Of a stretch of DNA of 64,000 nt, positions 29,519 to 38,618 are shown one piece after another (the first letter of the stretch is position 1; each line of letters begins with the position of its first letter). The notes beneath the pieces are model-generated. The model worked only from the letters and a program-made list of their open reading frames with translations, was not told the origin of the DNA and did no database searches. Source of the stretch: Bacteroidales bacterium UBA4814 (GTDB lineage: Bacteria > Bacteroidota > Bacteroidia > Bacteroidales > UBA7960). The position numbers and the translations under genes are program-made. Where the stretch lies: positions 14,553-78,552 of the forward strand of contig DHFW01000009.1 in the NCBI GenBank assembly GCA_002402465.1. The letters are read 5' to 3'.

Positions 29519-29601
29519 CCGGAACTTTTTTATTTTGCATAAGAAAAAAAATCTCTTTTTTTCTTACTTTTACTCGCCTTTAAAAACTAATACTCCATTG
29601 G

Positions 29602-30498
29602 ATGGCTAAGCTATTGCGCGAAAACATACTGGTTCCCACCGACTTTACCGAAGTGGCAAATTTTTCAATGGATCACGCCACCGAAATTGCCAAGATTTTC
29701 AACCATAAAATTGTGTTGCTTCATGTGGTTGGGAAAAAGATACTGGGCACCCCTAAGGAAAAAGAAATAGAAGAAAAACTTAAAAACGGGGTGGCCCAAA
29801 TAAAAAGCCGGGCCAAACTAAAGGTTTCTTACCTGATAGAGGAGGGGAGTATTTTTACTACCATAAGCAAGGTGGCCGACCGCATCCGGGCCGAATTTAT
29901 TGTAATGGGCATCCATGGCAAAAAAGGAGTGCAGCACATTATGGGCAGTTATGCTTACAGAGTGATTTGCAGCGTGAATGTGCCCGTAATGGTAGTGAAG
30001 CATATGCACCATCACGTGGGTTATAAAAACATTGTGCTGCCCATCGACTTTTCGCAGGAAAGCACGCAAAAGATCATAAAAGCCGTTAAGTTTTCCAATT
30101 ATTTCGGGGCCAATATCAGGGTTTTTGGCTTTTTGGGAACCCGCAACAAAGCCACCATATTTAAAAACGAAGCACTGCTGAAAAAAGTTAAGGATACCTT
30201 TGACGACCTGGGCCTTAAAGTTACCACCGATCTTTGTGTTGATCCCAATATTGACTGGCCCGAGGCACTTATGACTTTCGCCAATAAAATCGATGCCGAC
30301 CTGATTATGATCGTGGCTGAGAAAGGCAGCAGCATCCCGGATATTTTTTCGCAGAACTCTACCGAACGTATCATCGACAAGGCCGATGTACCCATACTCA
30401 CCGTGGTGCCTACCCCCGATGATGGCGACAGCAGCCTTGAGAAGAGCCTGGTAGTGCGCTCTTTTATCGACCCCATGGGCCTCACAGGAAAGGTTTAG
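29602..30498 (+). CDS. Tandem-domain universal stress protein (UspA family), paralogue of the preceding gene
   Basis: 298 aa with ILVPTDF and IVLPIDF openings and MGIHGKKG / ADVPILTV motifs. It shares the C-terminal SFIDP(L/M)GL tail with the upstream paralogue. Confidence 0.8.
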   Translation: MAKLLRENILVPTDFTEVANFSMDHATEIAKIFNHKIVLLHVVGKKILGTPKEKEIEEKLKNGVAQIKSRAKLKVSYLIEEGSIFTTISKVADRIRAEFIVMGIHGKKGVQHIMGSYAYRVICSVNVPVMVVKHMHHHVGYKNIVLPIDFSQESTQKIIKAVKFSNYFGANIRVFGFLGTRNKATIFKNEALLKKVKDTFDDLGLKVTTDLCVDPNIDWPEALMTFANKIDADLIMIVAEKGSSIPDIFSQNSTERIIDKADVPILTVVPTPDDGDSSLEKSLVVRSFIDPMGLTGKV

Positions 30499-30512
30499 GC
30501 TGGCAAAGGCCT

Positions 30513-31763
30513 TTACCTGGCACCATAAATCAGTTTAAAGCCAATCTGCTTCAGGTTTTCCCAGAAGTTGGGGAAGGATTTAACTACCACTTCAGGGTCT
30601 TGTATGGCTACCTGCCCCAGTTTCAGTGAAAGAGGTGCGCAGGCCATGGCCATGCGATGATCGTTGTAAGTTTTAAAGGTTACTCGTCCGGGCAGCTGCG
30701 GCCAGGCCATTTTTCGGAGTTGCCACAGGCCTTCTTCGCGTGCAGCAAGCGAATAGCCCAGCTTACCCAGCTCGTTTTGCAGAGCCTTAATACGGTCTGT
30801 TTCTTTGTGGGGGAGAGTTTCAAGACCCCTGAAAATGCCTTGTATGCCGCTGCCTGCAAAGGCCATGGCCATGGCTTGCGCCAAATCGGGGTTTCCCAGA
30901 AAACTGAACGAGACAAATTCGGGATGCCCCTTTGTTTTTTCCACAAAGGCCCCTTCGTGAGTAAACTTTGTGGTAATGCCAAGATGACCGAACCACTCCC
31001 ACAGTATCTTGTCGCCTTGCAGGCTTTTGGCCGAAAGGCCCGGAAAAAACAAACTGCCCTTTTCGGAGAGCAACAAAAGTTCGTAAAAGTAGGATGCACC
31101 TGACCAGTCGCGTTCAACAGTGATTTTGCGTGGCTGGTAGCTGCCGGGCAATACGCTGATTACATTGCGTTCCCAGCGCGATTCAATGCCAAACTGGCTC
31201 ATGAGCCCCAGGGTCATCTTAATGTATTCGGAAGAAACAGGAATGCCGCCAAGGGTGATTTCCAGGCCATCGTCGAGGGTGGGTGCAATGAGCAGCAAGC
31301 TGCTGATAAACTGGCTGCTGATGCCGGCTTCCACATTTATGTTTCCACCTTTGAGTTTTTTGCCTTTAATTTTCAGAGGTGGGAAGCCAGGTTTTTCAGA
31401 ATAAGAAATATCGGCACCCAGATGCTGAAGGGCATTTACCAGCGGGGCAATGGGTCTTTGCTTCATTCGTTCAGAGCCGGTAAGATAAAAACTGCCTGGC
31501 CGGGTGGCCAGGTAAGCGGTGAGAAAACGCATGGCTGTGCCGGTATGTCCTGCATTGATGTCGTGGGTTAACCCCTCCGATTCCAGAGCCAGCAACAGGG
31601 CTTTAGTGTCTTCGGCCTCCGAAAGTTCATGGATGGGGAAATCGTACTGGCTTAATGCTCTGATGATAAGCAACCTGTTTGAGATGCTTTTGGAGGAAGG
31701 GAGCTCAATGCGGCCTTTTACGGTTCCATCGGCCGGCGCATTAACCAGCAAAAGGTTTTCCAT
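30513..31763 (-). CDS. aroA: 3-phosphoshikimate 1-carboxyvinyltransferase (EPSP synthase)
   Basis: 416 aa with LPSSKSISNRLLI and DHRMAMA motifs. Confidence 0.9.
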   Translation of the reverse strand: MENLLLVNAPADGTVKGRIELPSSKSISNRLLIIRALSQYDFPIHELSEAEDTKALLLALESEGLTHDINAGHTGTAMRFLTAYLATRPGSFYLTGSERMKQRPIAPLVNALQHLGADISYSEKPGFPPLKIKGKKLKGGNINVEAGISSQFISSLLLIAPTLDDGLEITLGGIPVSSEYIKMTLGLMSQFGIESRWERNVISVLPGSYQPRKITVERDWSGASYFYELLLLSEKGSLFFPGLSAKSLQGDKILWEWFGHLGITTKFTHEGAFVEKTKGHPEFVSFSFLGNPDLAQAMAMAFAGSGIQGIFRGLETLPHKETDRIKALQNELGKLGYSLAAREEGLWQLRKMAWPQLPGRVTFKTYNDHRMAMACAPLSLKLGQVAIQDPEVVVKSFPNFWENLKQIGFKLIYGAR

Positions 31764-31772
31764 GGTTTTTAA

Positions 31773-32855
31773 TTAATTGTTTTTTAGAATCTCCTTTAGT
31801 TCTTGCAGAACCCTTTGTATGTGGTCGGCTTTGCATTCCACACCGGTAATAACCTGCCCGGGCCGGCGCAGCAAGCTGAAGCCGGGTATTCCGGCCATGC
31901 TTTTTTTGTCGTATTGCATATATTCTGACAAAGCTTCGATGCAGCTGTTATTCAGGTCGTAAAGAACGGCAAAGTCGATAAGGCCGGAGAGGATTTCCTC
32001 GGTTTCTTCGTTGCTCAGGAAGTTCATTTTTTCAGACAACATGGTTTCGGCCATCATACCCAGGATTACGGCTTCGCCATGCAGCAGGGGCTTTTCGTCG
32101 TTTAGCAGCGAGTAACTCTCCAGGGCGTGCCCAATGGTGTGCCCGAAATTGAGTGCCTTTCGGATGTTTTTTTCCAACGGGTCGCGCATTACTATATCCG
32201 ATTTAATTTCAACCGAAATTCTGATCTGTTCGGTGGTCACTTCTTCGGGGCCGGCCTGTGCCAGCTCTTCGAAGTATGAATACTCAGCAATCAGCCCGTG
32301 CTTAAGCATTTCAGCAAAGCCATTGTTAAGCTCCCTTTCGGGAAGGGTACGTAAAAATGCCGGGTCGATAAAGACGGCCATGGGCTGGCTGAAGGTTCCA
32401 ACCATATTTTTTAACCCTTTCAGGTCGATACCTGTTTTTCCACCAATGCTGGCATCGGCCATGGCCATGAGGCTGGTGGGCATATGAATAAAGCGAATAC
32501 CTCTTTTGAAAACGGAAGCAGCAAAACCGCCCAGGTCGCAAACCACCCCACCCCCCAGGTTGATCAGCACCGTATTGCGGTCGGCAAGTTTGTCGGTTAA
32601 AATCTCCCATACCGAAAAACAGGTGTCCAGGGTTTTGTGCTTTTCACCCGCGGGAACTTCGATGATTTTTAAGGGGAAGCCATTGGGAAGCTTTTTGCGA
32701 AGCACCGGCAGGCAGTGTTTGTGCGTGTTCTGGTCGGTTAAAACGAAGAGGGTTTCTCCTGATTTTACATGGAAATCGAGGAAACGGGCAAAATGTGCAT
32801 TCTCGTCGTCTTCGAAAAATACCGGATGGTTTAACAAGCGGTCTTTCTGACTCAT
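31773..32855 (-). CDS. aroB: 3-dehydroquinate synthase
   Basis: 360 aa with GGGVVCDLGGFAA, LNFGHTIGHALE and LHGEAV motifs. Confidence 0.9.
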   Translation of the reverse strand: MSQKDRLLNHPVFFEDDENAHFARFLDFHVKSGETLFVLTDQNTHKHCLPVLRKKLPNGFPLKIIEVPAGEKHKTLDTCFSVWEILTDKLADRNTVLINLGGGVVCDLGGFAASVFKRGIRFIHMPTSLMAMADASIGGKTGIDLKGLKNMVGTFSQPMAVFIDPAFLRTLPERELNNGFAEMLKHGLIAEYSYFEELAQAGPEEVTTEQIRISVEIKSDIVMRDPLEKNIRKALNFGHTIGHALESYSLLNDEKPLLHGEAVILGMMAETMLSEKMNFLSNEETEEILSGLIDFAVLYDLNNSCIEALSEYMQYDKKSMAGIPGFSLLRRPGQVITGVECKADHIQRVLQELKEILKNN

Positions 32856-32992
32856 GGCAGCCTTATTTTTCTGACAAATTTATTTAATCTGCAAAATTTC
32901 TTACAATTTACGCAAATCTTTTCATACACTTTTAAAGCGGCTCAATTTCCAAGCATGGAAATCCTTAAATTTGCTGCAAAAATTACGGTTCT

Positions 32993-34171
32993 ATGCTCTC
33001 ATTTGACAATACGCAGGTGGCTTTTCATGACAAAAGCAACAAAGAACTAAAAAAGGCCTGGTGGCTTTTTCGTATGATTGGCAACCCCATCCTGGTGAAA
33101 ATAGGTGCTGGTCTTACCCGTTTTGCGCTTTCTGCCAGGCTGCCCGTTTCCTGGGCGCTGAAGCCCACCGTTTTCAGTCATTTCTGCGGGGGCGAAACGA
33201 TCGACTCATGCGATCCTACCATTGCCCGCCTGGGCCGGTCAAACATCAAAACCATTCTCGACTATTCGGCCGAAGGCAAGGAGAGCGATGCCGATTTCGA
33301 TTACACCCGCGACCAGATTCTGGCCACCATGGAAAAGGCCAGAAACAATCCCGATATTCCCTACGCGGTTTTCAAACCTACGGGGGTAGCGCGTTTTGGT
33401 TTGCTTGAAAAGGTGCAGGCAAGAGAACCCCTCAGCATAGAAGAACAGCAGGAGTTTGAAAGGGTAAAGGGTCGCTACCTGACCATTTGTCAGCGAGCAA
33501 AAGAATTGGAAATTCCCGTTATGGTGGATGCCGAAGAAACCTGGATTCAGTCTATTGTTGATGAAATGGTTGAAGAAATGATGATACGCTTCAACCACGA
33601 TAAGCCTTTGGTTTACACGACGCTGCAAATGTACCGGCACGATCGCCTTGGATATCTCAAGAGTCTTGTGGAGCGTATGCGCGAAAAAGGGGTTTATACC
33701 GGTGTGAAACTGGTGAGGGGCGCTTACATGGAGAAAGAGAGGGAGCGGGCTGCAGAAAAGGGATATCCCTCACCAATTTATCCTGACAAACCTGCTACAG
33801 ATAAAGGCTATGACGATGCAGTGGCCTTTTGCATTGAAAACCTTAAAGATGTGGCGGTTTGCGTGGGAACCCACAACGAACTGAGCTGCAAAAGAGGGGC
33901 TGAAAAAATGATTAGCCTTGGTGTGGCCAAAGGCCACCCGCATGTGTCTTTTTCGCAGTTGCTGGGCATGAGCGACCACATCAGTTACAATATGGCGGCC
34001 GAGGGTTTCAACGTAAGCAAATACGTGCCCTACGGTCCGGTAAAAACCGTTGTTCCTTATCTTATCAGACGTGCTGAAGAAAATACCTCTGTGGCAGGGC
34101 AGACTTCTCGCGAACTGTTTTTGCTGAATACCGAATTGAAAAGGCGCAAACAAAAAAGAATTGATGGTTAA
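32993..34171 (+). CDS. Proline dehydrogenase (monofunctional PutA-like)
   Basis: 392 aa. KLVRGAYMEKER, the HNE segment and the C-terminal YLIRRAEENTS are typical of PRODH TIM barrels. Confidence 0.8.
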   Translation: MLSFDNTQVAFHDKSNKELKKAWWLFRMIGNPILVKIGAGLTRFALSARLPVSWALKPTVFSHFCGGETIDSCDPTIARLGRSNIKTILDYSAEGKESDADFDYTRDQILATMEKARNNPDIPYAVFKPTGVARFGLLEKVQAREPLSIEEQQEFERVKGRYLTICQRAKELEIPVMVDAEETWIQSIVDEMVEEMMIRFNHDKPLVYTTLQMYRHDRLGYLKSLVERMREKGVYTGVKLVRGAYMEKERERAAEKGYPSPIYPDKPATDKGYDDAVAFCIENLKDVAVCVGTHNELSCKRGAEKMISLGVAKGHPHVSFSQLLGMSDHISYNMAAEGFNVSKYVPYGPVKTVVPYLIRRAEENTSVAGQTSRELFLLNTELKRRKQKRIDG

Positions 34172-34276
34172 TGAATGATGATTTATGAATCGCGGCCTTG
34201 ATTCATTTATTTCAGCGTTTTTCAAAATCATTAACCGAAAAGTTTAAACCGTGAGCTCAGTAAAGCAGACCCCAAA

Positions 34277-35083
34277 TCAATAATCCCTGGATCGTTGACG
34301 AACAGCTTCGAATGTCACAATAGCCACGGAAGTTGACACATTCAGTGAATCGATTATTCCTTTCATTGGAATTTTGATCACCTGCTCTGCTTTTTCAAAC
34401 CAAACAGGGCTCAGACCTTGGTCTTCGGCTCCAAATGCAATGGCTGATGCCTTTCGGAAATCAGCATCAAAATAAAAATGCGGAGTCTGTGGTGCCGCAG
34501 CAAAAACCCGGATGCTGTTCTTTTTGCACCAGTTCAGTGCTTCCTGGCTGGTGCAAATTATAACTTTTTGGCTGAATACGCAGCCCAGGCTTGCCCTTAT
34601 GGCGTTGGGGTTGTAAAGATCGGTTCTGGCATTGCAAAGCAATACCGCATCGACAGCGGCTGCATCGGTGGTACGCAATATGGCCCCCAGGTTGCCCGGC
34701 TTTTCCACGCCCTCAAGCATGATTACTAATGAATTTGTATTTGGATTGAAATCGTCCAGGTTTAGCTGCCGGCTTTTCCCAAGCAAAAGAATCCCCTCAG
34801 TATTTTCGCGGTAAGCCATTTTATTGTAAACGGCAGCAGATACCTCTGCCAGTTTTTGGGCAGGAAAAGTTTCCACCGGAATGGGATAAACCGTGTCGGG
34901 CTTGTAGATTTCCCGGCACCAGATCAGTTTTTCTGCTTCAAAGTCATGGCGCAATGCAATCGACACTTCGCGCCGCCCCTCAGCAACAAACATACCGCTC
35001 GATTTTCTTTCCGAGGCTTTTTGCTGAAGCTTTACAATGCTTTTTATCAGCGGATTTTGAAGGCTGGTAATCAAAGTAGTCAT
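34277..35083 (-). CDS. TrmH/SpoU-family RNA 2'-O-methyltransferase
   Basis: 268 aa. It has the SPOUT knot motifs NLGAILRTTDAAAVD, FGAEDQGL and SLNVSTSVAIV. Confidence 0.85.
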   Translation of the reverse strand: MTTLITSLQNPLIKSIVKLQQKASERKSSGMFVAEGRREVSIALRHDFEAEKLIWCREIYKPDTVYPIPVETFPAQKLAEVSAAVYNKMAYRENTEGILLLGKSRQLNLDDFNPNTNSLVIMLEGVEKPGNLGAILRTTDAAAVDAVLLCNARTDLYNPNAIRASLGCVFSQKVIICTSQEALNWCKKNSIRVFAAAPQTPHFYFDADFRKASAIAFGAEDQGLSPVWFEKAEQVIKIPMKGIIDSLNVSTSVAIVTFEAVRQRSRDY

Positions 35084-35099
35084 ATTTTTTTTGCTCAGG

Positions 35100-37532
35100 C
35101 TAAGAAAAGGATTTTTTTTGGAATATTTTGCCGCTGAGAGAAAAGGCCAAGCCGGCTAAAAGATAGGTGAGGGCGGCTATTATGATTACGGTTCGAAAAC
35201 CACTTTCAACCGCAATCAGAGTGGCCAGTGAAGTGCTGATAACAGACAGGCAGCCGTTAACTCCCCACGCCCAGGGAATTTGCTCCGGGTTGTGCTTGTC
35301 GAGAAAACGAATCCCCAGCGGGAAAAGCATTCCCATAACAAAGGCAGGAATGCCGATGGCCAGCAGACTTATGGTAATCTTAAATACAATGCCCAGCGCA
35401 ATACTAGCTTGGAGCAGGGGTGTAAGCACAAAGGCAAACAGCAGCAGCAGGCCTGTCACCAGCAAGGCAATGTTTCTGATTCTGCTGGCATTTACATTCA
35501 TTTTCTGCGAAAGCCTGCTGCCCACTCCGCTGAAAAGCATCATGGTGCTGATAACCGCAGCCATGGCAAACACCGGTTGCCCGAAATACAACACAAAACG
35601 TTGGATAAGAATAATTTCTGCAAACATGTAGCCCAAACCCAAGGCTCCGAAATAAACCAGGGTGGCCGATTTTTTATACCGGCTTTTTTTCAGGGCAAAC
35701 AAAGGCAGGACGATCAGGATTATTGCCAGCAAAGTACTTTGCGCCAGGGTTATGATCAGAGTCAGGTAGCCAAGTTCAAGAAAGGGCATTTGCTCTTCTC
35801 CAAAAATTTCTGCCAGATGCCGAAAGCTTCCAATCCTCAGAAATTGCGAAAAATAGGGTTGGTCGTCGGTAGAGGGGGCAATGGCAAAGCCATAATCTTC
35901 GAGGGCGAGCGGGTCACGGGCCATTATCCTGTCGAGCCGCTCGAAATATTGGGTGTCGCCGGTCATATTAAACTGCTGTCGCTCTTTTGGTTCAAGCTCA
36001 GGGAGCAGTAAGGGGTCGAAAAACATTTCGTTGCAGTAATGCCTGATTGCAATAAGGTCATCCTTGATTAGCGGTTCTTTTTTTAGGATAAAAGTTACCG
36101 TTCCCCATGAGCGAATGGCGGCAAAGTGCTGCGTGGGGTCTTCAATGCCGCTCCTGATGGCGGCTTCAACCAGTGTGGCCGGGATTTTCAGGCTGGTGCG
36201 CGGGGGATAGTCGAGCCAGGTAGATACGGCAATCATGCCACCCGGATTAAGCCTTTGCAGCATTAGATGAAATGCCTCCAGGGTGTAGCTGTATTCTTCG
36301 CGCAAAGCATTCAGGCCCGAGGTGCCTCCAAAGCCTTCGAGCAAAGGCAGAACAATCAGGTCATAATGGTCGGTGCTTTGTCTGGCCAGGAAGTTTCTTG
36401 CCTGTAGCATGTGCACTTTTACCCCTGGTGCCTGAAACAGGCCTCCCGAGGCATGCAGCAGGTCGTTTTTCAACAGGCCTGCCACCGCACGGTTCTCAAT
36501 CACGGCGTCGATCTTTTCGGCTCCATTGGCCAAAGCATGCGAAACAGCCACCCCGGTGCCTGCATTTATGCATAGCACGATTTCCGGGTCTGAAATTACA
36601 TAAGGGAGTTGCTGTGTGGTGTAGTTCAGGATGTGTTCATTTGGATTGGCTGAAGGTGGAAGAATGTGCCCATAAAAGTCACCATTTACAAAAACGGCAT
36701 TGCCCCCTGGAATTTCTTTGGTGTAGGAAAAACTTACCGCCGGGGCAAACCGCTGGGCAGGTGAGTGTACCACTTGAACCAGTCCGTAAACCGAAGGGGT
36801 GGTATGTGTGATTTTTGCTTCGGGCAGGTGAAGCGTTTTTTCCAGTGCCTTGTATTCGGATAAGTGAAGCTGCCCATTGGCTGAAAACAGAATGAGGGCA
36901 AGCAGCAAGCCCACTGCACCCAGCGGAGCATTCCATCTCATGCCGTGGCGGTCGCTCAGAAGCAGGCCCGAAACGATGGAAAGCAAGCCAATGAGCAGCG
37001 GCACCCTGAATGGTAAAAAGACTGCCATAAGCCAAAGCGCAAGCAATCCGCCTGCTCCCGAACCTAAAAGGTTTGAAAAATACAGGGCGCCAATCTGACT
37101 GCTTTGCCTGATAAAAATAATGCCAATGGCCAGGGCGCCGAAGAAAAACGGCAGGAAGAAAACCAGGTAGTTCATTAGCAGGGCCAGCCAACCCCCTCCG
37201 CCTGAAAAAAGCAGGAAAACGTCAAATCGCAGAAAACCGGCCCGGCTCAAAGGAAAAACCACCATCATGAGCATCCCGCTCAACATCATTAGCAAAGGAA
37301 CCAAAAAGTTGGAGTGTGCCAGTATTTTTTTTCTGGCAAGGGCAAGAAGTGTTCCGCTGGCGCCAAATCCAAGCATGGCAATAGAAATGATCATATAGGC
37401 AAAATGATGCCACTGCACCACCGAAATGAGCTGCATCAGCGAAAGCTGAAAGGCAATGATGGCCGCTGAATGCAATCCAAGGCTGATCAGCAGGCGGTTG
37501 CTGACAATTTCGGGAATTCTTTCAACAGCCAT
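35100..37532 (-). CDS. Polytopic membrane protein fused to a spermidine-synthase-like (SAM-MTase fold) domain
   Basis: About 810 aa. Many TM helices flank a central soluble domain (VLCINAGTGVAVSHALANGAEKIDAVIEN...DLIVLP). The start is moved to the ATG at 37532, 1 nt after the pcm stop; the track start at 37559 overlaps pcm. Confidence 0.65.
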   Translation of the reverse strand: MAVERIPEIVSNRLLISLGLHSAAIIAFQLSLMQLISVVQWHHFAYMIISIAMLGFGASGTLLALARKKILAHSNFLVPLLMMLSGMLMMVVFPLSRAGFLRFDVFLLFSGGGGWLALLMNYLVFFLPFFFGALAIGIIFIRQSSQIGALYFSNLLGSGAGGLLALWLMAVFLPFRVPLLIGLLSIVSGLLLSDRHGMRWNAPLGAVGLLLALILFSANGQLHLSEYKALEKTLHLPEAKITHTTPSVYGLVQVVHSPAQRFAPAVSFSYTKEIPGGNAVFVNGDFYGHILPPSANPNEHILNYTTQQLPYVISDPEIVLCINAGTGVAVSHALANGAEKIDAVIENRAVAGLLKNDLLHASGGLFQAPGVKVHMLQARNFLARQSTDHYDLIVLPLLEGFGGTSGLNALREEYSYTLEAFHLMLQRLNPGGMIAVSTWLDYPPRTSLKIPATLVEAAIRSGIEDPTQHFAAIRSWGTVTFILKKEPLIKDDLIAIRHYCNEMFFDPLLLPELEPKERQQFNMTGDTQYFERLDRIMARDPLALEDYGFAIAPSTDDQPYFSQFLRIGSFRHLAEIFGEEQMPFLELGYLTLIITLAQSTLLAIILIVLPLFALKKSRYKKSATLVYFGALGLGYMFAEIILIQRFVLYFGQPVFAMAAVISTMMLFSGVGSRLSQKMNVNASRIRNIALLVTGLLLLFAFVLTPLLQASIALGIVFKITISLLAIGIPAFVMGMLFPLGIRFLDKHNPEQIPWAWGVNGCLSVISTSLATLIAVESGFRTVIIIAALTYLLAGLAFSLSGKIFQKKSFS

Positions 37533-37533
37533 T

Positions 37534-38241
37534 TTACTCGCTCCTTCTGAAAGGTACAAAACGCACCGGCATAAGGCTGCGGGTAGTATAGCGGCGGCTG
37601 CGCTTTTCTACCAGCATAAGCTGCTGAGTGAGGTAAGGCGAACCCACGGGAATGATCATTTTTCCGCCCTCTTTAAGCTGTTCAATCAGTGGTGGTGGTA
37701 TGGTACCGGCTGCAGCGGTTACCACAATGGCATCAAAAGGCCCGGCTTCTTCCCAGCCGTGGTAGCCGTCGGCGATTTTAACGCTGACGTTGTCATACAA
37801 CTCATTGAGCAGGCGGCTGGCAGAGCGGCCAAGCTCCGGAACAATTTCGATGGTGTAAACTTTATCCACAATTTCGGCCAGAATGGCAGCCTGGTAGCCC
37901 GAACCAGTACCAATCTCCAGCACTTTGTAATGGGGTTTGGGATCGATAATCTGTGTCATATACGCAACGATGTAGGGCTGCGAAATAGTTTGTCCGTAAC
38001 CTATGGGTAACGGCCTGTCAGCGTAGGCAAAGCGTTGCTGGTCTGCAGGCACGAAACGGTGACGGGGCACCCGCTCCATGGCCTCCAGGGTGGGGGCATG
38101 ATCAATGCCCCGGGCGCGGATCTGCTCATCGACCATCTGCTTGCGGCTGCCTGCATATGGATCGCCACCGGGTTGAAAAGAAAGCCAAGTAAACAGCGCC
38201 CCAAGACCAAAAGTGATTCGCGTTTTTCTGCTCATAACCAT
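37534..38241 (-). CDS. pcm: Protein-L-isoaspartate O-methyltransferase with an N-terminal signal/anchor sequence
   Basis: It has RHRFVP, GYGQTISQPYIVAYM and VLEIGTGSGYQAAILA motifs. The N-terminus SRKTRITFGLGALFTWLSF is hydrophobic. The start codon is uncertain (38241, 38235 or GTG 38265). Confidence 0.85.
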   Translation of the reverse strand: MVMSRKTRITFGLGALFTWLSFQPGGDPYAGSRKQMVDEQIRARGIDHAPTLEAMERVPRHRFVPADQQRFAYADRPLPIGYGQTISQPYIVAYMTQIIDPKPHYKVLEIGTGSGYQAAILAEIVDKVYTIEIVPELGRSASRLLNELYDNVSVKIADGYHGWEEAGPFDAIVVTAAAGTIPPPLIEQLKEGGKMIIPVGSPYLTQQLMLVEKRSRRYTTRSLMPVRFVPFRRSE

Positions 38242-38618
38242 CTCCCTTAATGATGCATAAAACACAAATATAAGGAATCAGGGGGGCTTTTGCAATTTGC
38301 TGAAAGCAATTCCAAAAATTATGCTTAATGCAATTGAAAAAAAACTTCAACTATGGTTTTAAACCTGATTGAAGATTTTTGGGTTTATTGAATATGAAAC
38401 GAGCATGATTCATTAAGCATAAACACGGATGAAAATCATCCTGCGAGTTTACCTTCGGTGAGCCCTTCGGTGTTCAATCCGACCTTAATAAACAAATTAT
38501 TTACGGATGGAATAAAAGTATTTGTTTTCTTGGAAAATATTGGCAAAATAACTACCTTTTGCCTTGTGAAGATGGGCTTTTCTTAGCCCGATTTGCCAAC
38601 AAAAAAGGAGTCTGTGTT

